A stretch of 63,992 nt of DNA, counting the filler, from a bacterium (GTDB taxonomy: Bacteria > UBA9089 > CG2-30-40-21 > SBAY01): NCBI GenBank assembly GCA_040757115.1. It is 4 parts of 4 records of this genome, joined end to end, with 100 filler letters (N's around TTAATTAATTAA, not from the genome) between each part and the next. Parts side by side here need not be neighbours in the genome. Positions count along the whole stretch, not along the records: positions 48,923 to 63,992 come from JBFLYA010000088.1; 3 more parts are not named here. One strand, written 5' to 3'. Below the pieces are notes generated by a model. That model made no database searches and had not been told where the DNA came from. It saw only the letters and a program-made list of their open reading frames with translations. The translations under genes were made by a program, and so were the position numbers. This document shows positions 48,923-62,981 of the stretch, one piece after another. Position 1 is the first letter of the stretch, and every line of letters begins with the position of its first letter.

Positions 48923-50540
48923 GTATTTCAACGCCTGTTCCAATTCCCCCATATCGCTATAAACTATGCCGATATTGCCCAGGTCAGAAGCCTCTCCCGA
49001 CAGATACCCTATCTGCTTATGGAGCTCAAGAGCCTGCTTATGGTATTTCAACGCCTGTTCCAATTCCCCCATATCGTAATAAACCGAGCCGATATTGCCC
49101 AGTTGATTAGCCTCTCCCTGCAGATACCCTATCTGCTTATGGAGCTCAAGAGCCTGCTTGAAGTATTTCAACGCCTGTTCCAATTCCCCCATATCGCGAT
49201 AAACTATGCCGATATTGCCCAGGTCAGAAGCCTCTCCCTGCAGATACCCTATCTGCTTATCTATCTCAAGAGCCTGCTTATGGTATTTCAACGCCTGTTC
49301 CAATTCCCCCATATCGCTATAAACCAGGCCGATATTGCCCAGTTGATTAGCCTCTCCCTGCAGATACCCTATCTGCTTATCTATCTCAAGAGCCTGCTTA
49401 TGGTATTTCAACGCCTGTTCCAATTCCCCCATATCGCGATAAACCAGGCCGATATTGCCCAGGTCAGAAGCCTCTCCCTGCAGATACCCTATCTGCTTAT
49501 CTATCTCAAGAGCCTGCTTGAAGTATTTCAACGCCTGTTCCAATTCCCCCATATCGCGATAAACCAGGCCGATATTGCCCAGTTGATTAGCCTCTCCCTG
49601 CAGATACCCTATCTGCTTATCTATCTCAAGAGCCTGCTTTAGGTATTTCAACGCCTGTTCCAATTCCCCCATATCGCGATAAACCAGGCCGATATTGCCC
49701 AGGTCAGAAGCCTCTCCCTGCAGATACCCTATCTGCTTATCTATCTCAAGAGCCTGCTTGAAGTATTTCAACGCCTGTTCCAATTCCCCCATATCGCGAT
49801 AAACCAGGCCGATATTGCCCAGGTCAGAAGCCTCTCCCTGCAGATACCCTATCTGCTTATCTATCTCAAGAGCCTGCTTGAAGTATTTCAACGCCTGTTC
49901 CAATTCCCCCATATCGCGATAAACCAGGCCAATATTGCCCAGGTGATTAGCCTCTCCCTGCAGATACCCTATCTGCTTATCTATCTCAAGAGCCTGCTTG
50001 AAGTATTTCAACGCCTGTTCCAATTCCCCCATATCGCGATAAACCAGGCCAATATTGCCCAGGTGATTAGCCTCTCCCTGCAGATACCCTATCTGCTTAT
50101 GGAGCTCAAGAGCCTGCTTATGGTATTTCAACGCCTGTTCCAATTCCCCCATATCGCGATAAACCAGGCCGATATTGCCCAGTTGATTAGCCTCTCCCTG
50201 CAGATACCCTATCTGCTTATCTATCTCAAGAGCCTGCTTGAAGTATTTCAACGCCTGTTCCAATTCCCCCATATCGCGATAAACTATGCCGATATTGCCC
50301 AGGTCAGAAGCCTCTCCCTGCAGATACCCTATCTGCTTATCTATCTCAAGAGCCTGCTTATGGTATTTCAACGCCTGTTCCAATTCCCCCATATCGCTAT
50401 AAACCAGGCCGATATTACCCAAGGCAGAAGCCTCTCCCTGCAGATACCCTATCTGCTTATCTATCTCAAGAGCCTGCTTGAAGTATTTCAACGCCTGTTC
50501 CAATTCCCCCATATCGCGATAAACCAGGCCAATATTGCCA
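48923..50540. repeat. 120-bp coding tandem repeat, about 13.5 units
   Basis: Every second 60-nt line of the listing repeats almost exactly. Confidence 0.97.
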
Positions 50541-51277
50541 ATGACTGTTGCTTCATTTCTGTAAATTTTGGCTCTTTTAAACAGTGGCAGGGCTATTTCA
50601 TAATACCTTAGCGCATCCTGGAAATTTGAAAGCTCCTGGTGAAGGTAGCCAATCTCAAAAGCCAGGTCAGCCTTTGCTTCTTCAGATAACGACTCTGCCT
50701 GAGTTCTGAAGGTTTCTGTCAGAGAGGCAAGCCTCTGCTCATTTTCCGAAGGTTCTTCTGCCTTTTGAGCAATTTCCCGGCGAACCTTTGCCTCATCTCC
50801 AAACCGGAAGACACCTGACTTAAATGTATAAAAATCCGGGGCTTTAAAGATAACCAGGTTTAAGAGAGAATCATCTACGAAGAATATCAGACTGAGATTT
50901 TGCTGACCGATTTTATCTCGGTTAAGGTTTATCCCCTGCAGAAACCGGCTAAGGCTCGGCTCATCTTCCCTGATAGAGACAATATCCCGGATTAAAAAGA
51001 CAGGTTTCAAACAGGGTTTGGGCTTGGTTAAAAAGTACTGCTCAATTTTGGCAAAGGGGTCAATTATGGTTGGCGACAAAAAGATAGAATAGCAATCAAA
51101 CTCCCTGGCCATCTCACTTGCGATTCTCTCAGCCAGTTCATTTTCTACATCCGAAGTTTCACAACTAATAAAAAAAAGGCAGCCCCGGTTTTTAAAAAGG
51201 CGGAGTTGATGAAAGAGGCGGGGAATCTGAAGTTCATCCTTTTTACGAAAGACAACTGTTTTATCAGGCTTTTTCAT
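48923..51277 (-). CDS. TPR protein with a degenerate NTPase-like N-domain and at least 13.5 near-identical 40-aa repeats (3' end truncated by contig end)
   Basis: GINLNRD...APDFYTFKSGVFRF N-domain; repeat GEAxxLGNIGxVYxDMGELEQALKYxKQALExxKQIGYLQ. Confidence 0.9.
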
Positions 51278-52580
51278 TTTGTTTAATCTTCCTGTATTCT
51301 TCTACATCTGATATTAATAAAGGATGGATATCGCACCATTCATCACCATTCATATATTCGAGGGCAAACAGGGAATGGAATAATTCTAAAGCTTCTACCC
51401 TATCCGGGCTGAGGAGTCTCTTGTGGTCATATATTTCAAGCAATATATCATAATAAGTACGGTTAAGGGCACGCTTTTTATTTGCCCGCTCTTCATTGAT
51501 AGCTGTTTCCATGTCAACAGTATCAATCTTTTTACCGCCCTGGACCCTTGAATAACTTGAGGCAGAGGCAATAAGATCAATTAAGGTACGGAACACACCC
51601 CCACTGGCATCTACAGCCATATTCAAGGCATTGTCTTCAATCAAATCCTTTTCCATCCGCTTAAACACAAGCTGTCGCAGGGTTTCTCTATGTTTTATAG
51701 CTTTTTCATCTTCTTTGCCATCTCTATCTTTCAACCTCAGATTACGCAGGACCTTTTGCCGCCCAATCTTGCTAACAATCACCGCACTCTTTGGTGAATA
51801 AATCATTGAGATAGGAATAGTAAGCAAGGCACTGCACTTAATATCGCCAATAATATTTCCCTCTTCAAAGAAAAGCTTTTCTGCCTGTGTGGGACCAGTC
51901 TTGTCCAGATCGTCTATAATCAGCAATATATCACGTGGTGTAATTGATAGTTTGATATTAAGGATAATATCGTTGACTAAATTACGCAGGTCAGTAACCT
52001 TAACCCTGTAAAATTCACGAATCTGTTTGCGTGTTTCAGACTGCAGTCGTACTTTTGCGAAAAAGTCAGCACCCAGTCTTACAAAAGGGAATTTGAAACC
52101 CGTCTTTGCCTCTACGCCTCCTCCAATTTCACCATTTCTTGCTTTTGTAGTAGTCTTTTCGATTTGCAACTTGTCGGTGAAATAGCCCTCCATCTCTTTT
52201 AAACGCTCTTGCAAATATCCCGGCAGAGTAGTGTTTGTTTTTTCTGCCTTCTCTAAAATCTTAAAGGTCATAGTGAGCAAAAAGTCAATAATATCTATAT
52301 CATTAATATCAAGCACTTCATTGGCGCTGTATTTAACCACTAAATACTTTGCATTAATTGCTTCATCATAGTCAATCTTGTTCAGTTCAGTTGACTTACC
52401 ATTGCCCGGATGTCCACCAAGGAGAAATTTTAGCCCCCGGTTAGTGGTCAGAAGGTCATCTTTGATTATCTCAATCTCCTTTCGTTCTGTCTCCACATAC
52501 CAGGGATCATCTTTTGGACAAAGGGGTTTCTGGCTATCGAAACAATTTATCACATCATCCAATTTAGAAGCCTTTGACAT
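51264..52580 (-). CDS. P-loop ATPase (KAP/STAND-like)
   Basis: GGHPGNGKST, LLIIDDLDK, SGGVFR, C-terminal LEYMNGDEWCDIHPL; overlaps the TPR gene. Confidence 0.88.
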   Translation of the reverse strand: MSKASKLDDVINCFDSQKPLCPKDDPWYVETERKEIEIIKDDLLTTNRGLKFLLGGHPGNGKSTELNKIDYDEAINAKYLVVKYSANEVLDINDIDIIDFLLTMTFKILEKAEKTNTTLPGYLQERLKEMEGYFTDKLQIEKTTTKARNGEIGGGVEAKTGFKFPFVRLGADFFAKVRLQSETRKQIREFYRVKVTDLRNLVNDIILNIKLSITPRDILLIIDDLDKTGPTQAEKLFFEEGNIIGDIKCSALLTIPISMIYSPKSAVIVSKIGRQKVLRNLRLKDRDGKEDEKAIKHRETLRQLVFKRMEKDLIEDNALNMAVDASGGVFRTLIDLIASASSYSRVQGGKKIDTVDMETAINEERANKKRALNRTYYDILLEIYDHKRLLSPDRVEALELFHSLFALEYMNGDEWCDIHPLLISDVEEYRKIKQNEKA

Positions 52581-52599
52581 TTAGCACCTCTTATATTAT

Positions 52600-52628
52600 A
52601 TTCTACCAAAAAATTAAGATTATGTCAA
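52600..52628 (-). promoter_or_regulatory. Promoter of the ATPase-TPR operon
   Basis: TTGACA-17 bp-TAGAAT, then RBS GAGGTG. Confidence 0.7.
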
Positions 52629-52646
52629 TCAAATTTTGCATTTCCC

Positions 52647-52857
52647 GTAACTATTCAGCCACAGATGGACACAGATGAAACACTGAAAATTCGTAATCCG
52701 TGTCCGTAGTTAGGCTCAAGGTTGAAGGCTGATGGCTGAAAATTCAGGTATAGTGCCTCCTGTCTCCTCTCCTTCTCCGTTTCCCCTTTTCTCATCTGTC
52801 TTCTGACCTCTGTATTTATCCGTGTTAATCCGTGTTAATCAGTGGCTGAATAGTTAC
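52647..52857. mobile_element. GTAAC-TIR MITE
   Basis: GTAACTATTCAGCCAC...GTGGCTGAATAGTTAC; no TSD visible. Confidence 0.75.
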
Positions 52858-52962
52858 AAATCTATATCCTGAATTCCCTTTTATGTTACCATAAACAGGT
52901 TCTACTGTAGGGCCTTTGGGGTCAGACCAGCCAGGATAGCAATGCCAATAAAATTCAAATAA

Positions 52963-53601
52963 TCACCCTTGCCGACCAGAATTTCCTCCCCATTTAATTT
53001 CTTTTACTTCTGACTCAAAAAAATCTTTTACTTTCGCCCAATCGATTTCAATCAACAGGTTAGGCATAGGTTCTTTGTCAGCATCATCAAAATAAGTTAA
53101 ACTTTTAAGAATGTGAATAATATTATAATTTACACTTTTATATTTTTCTCTAAAAAATCCTAATATTTCCCTGAGATGTCTTTTTTGTTGACAAATGACA
53201 TATAAATCAATAAAATCTCTTCGACTTCCTCTTGAGGAAATAGCATCCATCTTCATACAAGCAATATCTAAAATATCTGCTACTTTTATGCCCATAAAAT
53301 CTTTAGTTGAAAACAAAAGTGGATAGGGATATTTAAAAAAACTAACTTTTGTTCCTTCAAATATTCCTATAACTGTATTAGGTGACTTTTTTTCCAATAT
53401 AAAATCACCTTTTTCTATAAGTCTTTCTATACATAAATTAGTATCAATATCCATTGGTGTAAAGAAATCTAAATCCAATGATTGACGATGTCCTAATTGT
53501 AACGCTACTCCTGTTTCACCTACTAAATAATAATCCTTACATAGTAATCTTAATAATTCCATATTGGACTTTGTTGCTTTTGAAATGACCTTTTCAAACA
53601 T
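52963..53601 (-). CDS. AbiEii/AbiGii-family nucleotidyltransferase toxin
   Basis: YYLVGETGVALQLGHRQSLDLDFF, IACMKMDAISSRGSRRDFIDLY. Confidence 0.88.
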   Translation of the reverse strand: MFEKVISKATKSNMELLRLLCKDYYLVGETGVALQLGHRQSLDLDFFTPMDIDTNLCIERLIEKGDFILEKKSPNTVIGIFEGTKVSFFKYPYPLLFSTKDFMGIKVADILDIACMKMDAISSRGSRRDFIDLYVICQQKRHLREILGFFREKYKSVNYNIIHILKSLTYFDDADKEPMPNLLIEIDWAKVKDFFESEVKEIKWGGNSGRQG

Positions 53602-53855
53602 AAAATTTCCTCTTTATTTAGGTCAAAATATAGGCGCCAGAAATTAGCACTTTTAGGAGATAGTCTTCGAGTGTGCAAAAGTGTATTTTTAATTAGCTGT
53701 ATAGAAAAACTCTTTATCATCCAGAAAATAGCCTTTTCATCTCCATATTCTAATATTCGCTCAATGATAAAGTTAGAATAGTTATCTTTATTTAGAGCTT
53801 CGAATGATATATCCCAGAAATATTTTTTTAAATATTTAGGCAACCTATTACTCAC
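53550..53855 (-). CDS. DUF6922-like partner (antitoxin) of the AbiEii toxin
   Basis: KKYFWD...FIIERILEYGD...LSPKSANFW. Confidence 0.8.
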   Translation of the reverse strand: MSNRLPKYLKKYFWDISFEALNKDNYSNFIIERILEYGDEKAIFWMIKSFSIQLIKNTLLHTRRLSPKSANFWRLYFDLNKEEILCLKRSFQKQQSPIWNY

Positions 53856-53885
53856 CTATCTTCCTCCCCATTTATAAATTTATAG

Positions 53886-54352
53886 GTAACTATTCAGCAT
53901 ACCAAGCAACTAGGAAGTAGGTAGTAGGTAGTAGGTAAGTAGGAAAGGGATAAAGGATGTGCACGGTATTCCTCTTCTGGGGACAATGTCTCCCCTTTCC
54001 TACTCTCCTACTTCCTACTTTCAGGGAAATCCCCCATTTCACTGATGCATTACCTTAGTTCTTCAAGAGATCCCTGGCTTATATTATAGGCATTTAACTT
54101 ATTCTTTATGCCTTGTTTCTTAAAACTTTCTGCAATATTTGCTGGAATAGAAACAGCCGCTTTGCACATCTGTTGCACCAATCCATATTTTTCTTCAGTT
54201 GGGAAGTTTTTGGTTATTTCGTATATTCTTATCACTAAATGATGGCTTTTTTGCCATACTACAAGTTGTCTAAAATCATCTAACTTCTCATTCATTTTCT
54301 TTCCCTTTCCTACTTCCCTACTCTCCTACTTTCCTACAGGGTGAATAGTTAC
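53886..54352. mobile_element. GTAAC-TIR element carrying a truncated four-helix-bundle gene
   Basis: GTAACTATTCA...TGAATAGTTAC with a perfect 8-bp TSD ATTTATAG. Confidence 0.85.
54050..54295 (-). pseudogene. Four-helix-bundle protein (23S rRNA IVP-like), 3'-truncated
   Basis: FRQLVVWQKSH...FPTEEKYGLVQQMCKAAVSIPANIAES...ISQGSLEEL, stopping at 81 aa. Confidence 0.85.
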
Positions 54353-54488
54353 ATTTATAGTAAGTATTAACCAGAAGTTCACATTAGTATTGTGGATAGT
54401 GGATAGTTGATAGTTGATGGTTGATAGTCTATGAAACTATCAACTATAAACCATCAACCATGTTTTTAGCCATAGTAATTACCATTTG

Positions 54489-54803
54489 TCATTTTTCTTC
54501 TTCTTTAGGGACAAACTTAACTTTTTTCTCCCCCTGTCGCATCATTCCCATTTGTCTGGCTAAATCCTCTATTCGGGTTGAGTCATTTTTTAATGCCGTT
54601 TTTTCCTTATCCAGAGCCTTATTCTTCTCCTCTATTTCTCGTATTTGTCTGGTTAAAGTTGAGACTTGCCGCTTCTGATGAAAAATAGTGAGGATATTAT
54701 TCATTCCACCAATGAATAATATGATAAAGATTATAGTTAAAACTAATAATTTTTTTTGTCTGGTCTTTTTCTTTTTCCGAGGAAAGGTTATTTCGAATTC
54801 CAT
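54489..54803 (-). CDS. ftsB: Septum formation initiator FtsB/DivIC
   Basis: TM plus coiled coil, IEDLARQMGMMRQGE; downstream of eno. Confidence 0.8.
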   Translation of the reverse strand: MEFEITFPRKKKKTRQKKLLVLTIIFIILFIGGMNNILTIFHQKRQVSTLTRQIREIEEKNKALDKEKTALKNDSTRIEDLARQMGMMRQGEKKVKFVPKEEEK

Positions 54804-54852
54804 TGTTTCCCCCAGTTTTAATTTTGGATTTTAATTCACTACTGCCTACTAA

Positions 54853-57679
<2,827 letters not shown>

Positions 57680-57758
57680 TTTTGCTCCCAAAAAACTTAT
57701 TGCTCAGTGAAGAGTAATTCAGTGAACAGAGGGCAGTAAAACTCTTTACTCTTCACTG

Positions 57759-58163
57759 GTAACCGTTCACCGCACAGACGCAGAGAAACAGAGAGGAAAA
57801 TATCTTTTTTTCGTGTTTTTCGCGTTTTTCGATGTTCAAAAAGGCTGGTAAGCGTTCAGGTGGTGTAACAAAAGGAGATGTGGAGATTAAGGAGATAGGG
57901 AGATATTATTAAAAAAATTGAAATTAATAGAAACTAATAGAAATTTATGGAAATTTGTTGTTTTCCACAATCAATTTCTACCTATTTCTATAAATTTCAA
58001 TCTATTTCTATTATCTTATCTCCATATCACTCTTATCTCCTTATCCCCTTTCTTACACTTTTGATATATAGCCTGAACGGTTACCGTCCCGAAAATCTCT
58101 GTCTCTGGTGAATAGATTTTAATTTTTTCTCTGCGTCTCTGTGTCTGTGCGGTGAATAATTAC
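57759..58163. mobile_element. GTAAC-TIR MITE with a nested second GTAAC-TIR MITE (57848-58084)
   Basis: GTAACCGTTCACCGCACAGAC...GTCTGTGCGGTGAATAATTAC with a perfect 8-bp TSD CTTCACTG that spans the atpC stop. Confidence 0.88.
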
Positions 58164-58165
58164 CT

Positions 58166-58420
58166 TCACTGTTCACTTTCTATCTTATCGGCTAAGATAA
58201 TAACTTTATCTGGTAAGACTTCGCAAAACCCATTTTCGATTTCAAACTTTTTTTGTTCTTTTTCACGATTAATTTGTAATCTACCGCTGCCAAGCGTAGT
58301 TAAAAGGGGTGCGTGGGAAGGTAAAACCCCAAATTCTCCTAAACTCCCCGGGCAGGTAATTGAATTTGCGTCACCTTCTAAAATTAATTTTTCTGGGGTA
58401 ATCAGTTTAAACTCTATCAT
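58166..58420 (-). CDS. atpC: ATP synthase F1 epsilon subunit (short, 84 aa)
   Basis: LITPE...PGSLGEFGVLPSHAPLLT...GFCEV...ILAD. Confidence 0.93.
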   Translation of the reverse strand: MIEFKLITPEKLILEGDANSITCPGSLGEFGVLPSHAPLLTTLGSGRLQINREKEQKKFEIENGFCEVLPDKVIILADKIESEQ

Positions 58421-59887
<1,467 letters not shown>

Positions 59888-59944
59888 TTAGTTAGCAATT
59901 TTTATCTAACTTCTGTTTTCTATCTCCTGATTTCTCTAAACCAT

Positions 59945-59973
59945 AGTTTATACTAAAATAATCATATTGTCAA
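59945..59973 (-). promoter_or_regulatory. Promoter upstream of atpD
   Basis: TTGACA-17 bp-TAAACT. Confidence 0.55.
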
Positions 59974-59989
59974 TATTTTTTTGCAACCA

Positions 59990-60700
59990 TTATCCCCAGA
60001 CAAACATCTTTAATATTAATCCAAAAATTACGGCAATAGATGTACTGGCAATACTGTCAAACAAACTATATTCTTCTTCTCTTTCTTTGGAAATGACCAT
60101 TCTGGCAATAAGGATAGTGGGGATGAAGAGAAAGAATAGACTGGGCATAAGAATTAAAGTCATAATCAATAGTCGCTCGATTATTCCGTATCTTTTAGTC
60201 TTTAATGCCTGAGATGAGTAATCCTCACTAATCATCTTCTTTAAATAATGAATAACTATTGCCCCAAAATAGCCACCGGCAATAAATCCACTTGCCGTTA
60301 AGAGTATAATTTTATCCTCCAGCACGCCTCTTGTAAATTCAGGTATTTTGATGGCAGATTCAGGGATAGAAAGAATAATTAAGGTAATAAACCACATAAC
60401 AATTATATGTAGAGACTGGTCTAACAAAAACATCCAGAGGTTATCTGTCTGTGTGTTAGTCGTAATGACTATTCGGAGATAATCAATCAGGAAATGGGAG
60501 ATTATCAAGATAAAGATTGCCAGCCACATCTTGAGACAAAGGATATAAGGAAACAAGAAAGGAATAGCCATTATTCCCACAATTCCACAGTGGAGTAACA
60601 CACCCCATTTACTCCTTACCTTCAATTTGAATAATTCATTAAATTGTAATGGATAATCTGCGATTAAATGAACTAATAATAATTGATAAAAAATAATCAT
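59990..60700 (-). CDS. DUF3307-domain membrane protein
   Basis: HLIADYPLQ, H..ID, DQSLH, GIIER. Confidence 0.85.
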   Translation of the reverse strand: MIIFYQLLLVHLIADYPLQFNELFKLKVRSKWGVLLHCGIVGIMAIPFLFPYILCLKMWLAIFILIISHFLIDYLRIVITTNTQTDNLWMFLLDQSLHIIVMWFITLIILSIPESAIKIPEFTRGVLEDKIILLTASGFIAGGYFGAIVIHYLKKMISEDYSSQALKTKRYGIIERLLIMTLILMPSLFFLFIPTILIARMVISKEREEEYSLFDSIASTSIAVIFGLILKMFVWG

Positions 60701-60718
60701 TTTCCCTCCCTCGCTACT

Positions 60719-60893
60719 CTAATCTTGACCCATAAGTTTTACTGGACAATGTTACATTCATTCACAATTCGCAATTCACCATTCACAAATTCTTCCCTAA
60801 ATTTCCTTAATAATGGTGGATGGTGAATTGTCAATTGTGAATTGTGAATTATCACTCTTCACGGTGTCCAGTAAAACTTGTGGGACAGGCTAA
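60719..60893. mobile_element. IS4/IS50-like MITE (degenerate)
   Basis: CTAATCTTGACCCATAAGT...ACTTGTGGGACAGGCTAA; an inverted relative of 32329-32516 with an imperfect TSD. Confidence 0.75.
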
Positions 60894-60898
60894 TCTCA

Positions 60899-62092
60899 CT
60901 ACTCTCTACTCACTACGGTAATCAATCCTTCTTCATACGCCTGCAAAAATGCCTTGACTACATCAGGGTCAAATTGGAATCCAGCCTGCTCCTTTAATTC
61001 ATCTAAAGCCTGTTGATGTGGTAACCCCTGACGATATGGTCTATCTGAGGTCATAGCATCAAAAGTATCGGCAATGGCTAATATTCTCCCCATTAGAGAT
61101 ATCTCTACATCTTTTACCCCAGAGGGATACCCTTTTCCATCATATCGCTCATGATGTTGGAAAACACCAGGAATAATAGCATCTAACTGTTTTATTGGCT
61201 TAATAATCTCTTTTCCAATACCGGGATGTCTTTTTACCTCGGCAAATTCTTCCTCTGTCAATCTACCAGGTTTTTTAATGATAGATTCATTAATACCTAT
61301 CTTGCCAATATCATGAAGTAATCCTGCCAATCTAATGGTTTCTTTTTCATTTTCATTCAAATTTAATTTCATTGTAATTGCTTGAGAATATTGCATTACT
61401 CGTTCACTATGGCCTCTGGTGTAAGGGTCTTTGGCTTCAATCGTGGTCACTAAGGCTTTGATACTATTAAAAAATAACTCTTTCAGGTCTTCATACAACT
61501 TCGCATTTTCAATCGCAATCCCCTCTTGATTAGCCATTGCCTGCAATAATTCTAAATCAGCGGTTGAAAATCCCTCATCCCCAATTTTATTGATTGCCTC
61601 GACTACTCCAATTACCCTATCTTTAATTAATAATGGCACACATAGAAGTGATTTCGTCACGAACTTAATTTCTTCATCAATCTTTCGATAAAATCTCGTG
61701 TCCTGACTAACATCTTTGATGGAAAGGGGCTGTTTGTTTTTAACTACCCAGCCCGCTACTCCCTCAGTAATAGGTAATTTAATCTTTTTTAACTCATTCT
61801 TTTTCTCGCCAATAGCAACCTCAAAAACAAAATGCTCATCTTCGATTAACATTAACGAAGATGCCTCTGCTTTCATCAGTTTAGTCGTCAGTTCCATAAT
61901 CAAGGGTAATAATTCCTTTATTTGCAATGTCGAGGTGACAATTTGACTGACTTCAATTAATGATTCTAAATTATAGACTCGTTGACAGATATTTTTAAAA
62001 GATTTCTCAAATGCGTTAAACTTTTCGCTTGTCCCAATTTTTCCCATTAGCTCTTCTAATTGCCTTTGGGCTAATTTTATGTCATCTTTCAT
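60899..62092 (-). CDS. GAF + HD-GYP cyclic-dinucleotide phosphodiesterase
   Basis: GVAGWV...EAINK GAF; HSERV, LLHDIGK, HHERYDGKGYP, DAMTSDRPYR. The ORF-track start at 62161 lies inside a MITE. Confidence 0.92.
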   Translation of the reverse strand: MKDDIKLAQRQLEELMGKIGTSEKFNAFEKSFKNICQRVYNLESLIEVSQIVTSTLQIKELLPLIMELTTKLMKAEASSLMLIEDEHFVFEVAIGEKKNELKKIKLPITEGVAGWVVKNKQPLSIKDVSQDTRFYRKIDEEIKFVTKSLLCVPLLIKDRVIGVVEAINKIGDEGFSTADLELLQAMANQEGIAIENAKLYEDLKELFFNSIKALVTTIEAKDPYTRGHSERVMQYSQAITMKLNLNENEKETIRLAGLLHDIGKIGINESIIKKPGRLTEEEFAEVKRHPGIGKEIIKPIKQLDAIIPGVFQHHERYDGKGYPSGVKDVEISLMGRILAIADTFDAMTSDRPYRQGLPHQQALDELKEQAGFQFDPDVVKAFLQAYEEGLITVVSRE

Positions 62093-62138
62093 ATCTGATA
62101 TAACCTCTATTGGGGGATATTTGTCCCCATCATAAGAT

Positions 62139-62355
62139 CTTATCGTTACCCACAAGTCCAAATATAGTTAATTGACAATTATCAATTAGCCATTATCAAT
62201 TCACAATTAATATTTGATGTTGACAAAATTAACAAATAATGGTCAATTGTTAATTGTAAATTGTCAATTGTTAATTATTGGGGGTTGCATATCTCTGTTA
62301 TTTCACAGTACTTCCCCTCAAAAATCTTCCCTCTCAAGATGTGGGTAACGATAAG
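62139..62355. mobile_element. IS4/IS50-like MITE inserted in the 3' end of epsI
   Basis: CTTATCGTTACCCACAAGT...AGATGTGGGTAACGATAAG with a perfect 10-bp TSD ATCATAAGAT. Confidence 0.9.
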
Positions 62356-62981
62356 ATCATAAGATATTTATCAAGTAACGGAGCTATCTCTTTAATAAAA
62401 TTCTCCTCGATGGTGTCTATGTTATCTATTTTCCCCTTTTCAACAAGACTACTGATTCTAATCATCGCGGCAACACTATCTTTTCGTCTTATTTGATCAA
62501 AAACTATATTCAATTGTTGAATATAATAACTATGCGTATTCCTTTTACCAACTCTAAACCAGTAGATTGTAAGGAATTCGGTATCTTTTTCTTTAATATA
62601 TAATTTATTACATCCAATCTTTCCGTGATTAATTTGAATTTGAACTATCTCTTTTTTAAGGAACTGGGTCCCTCCCCCTGTAAGACAAATCTCTGGTGGA
62701 TGAAATGCCTCTGGATTGACACTACTTGCCACGATAAAAAGTAAAACCGTATCTCCCTTTGTATTTGTGTATGCTCGCAGAAGTAAATCACTCTTCCTTA
62801 ACATCTTATAAACCCTCTCTTCAATAGGGTAGTCCTCACCCTTCCATTCACCAATTATTTTTGGAAAATGTTTTAGATTGGTCTCTCGAATCGGTGGTGA
62901 AGGTAAAGAAAGAAAAATTATAATTAATAACGCCACTGATAATAAAACTATGACTATAGTATAATTTTTTTTAGTTTCCAT
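62334..62981 (-). CDS. epsI: EpsI-family exosortase-associated protein
   Basis: FPKIIGEWKG, HPPEICLTGGG, YWF, AAMIRIS. Confidence 0.85.
   Translation of the reverse strand: METKKNYTIVIVLLSVALLIIIFLSLPSPPIRETNLKHFPKIIGEWKGEDYPIEERVYKMLRKSDLLLRAYTNTKGDTVLLFIVASSVNPEAFHPPEICLTGGGTQFLKKEIVQIQINHGKIGCNKLYIKEKDTEFLTIYWFRVGKRNTHSYYIQQLNIVFDQIRRKDSVAAMIRISSLVEKGKIDNIDTIEENFIKEIAPLLDKYLMILSLPTS

Noticed and set aside
48923-50540. CRISPR-like appearance of the regular repeat
   Set aside because: The period is 120 bp with no unique spacers, and it encodes in-frame TPR units.
49019-50611. Plus-strand ORFs of 207 and 222 aa
   Set aside because: Antisense shadows of the TPR repeat.
54050-54295. Four-helix-bundle gene as DGR Avd or as marker of a 23S rRNA intervening sequence
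   Set aside because: No reverse transcriptase, TR/VR pair or rRNA sequence nearby, and the gene is truncated.
62139-62355. Tn5-like ends as Nextera adapter contamination
   Set aside because: They differ from the mosaic end at several positions, vary between copies, occur as inverted pairs and have TSDs.
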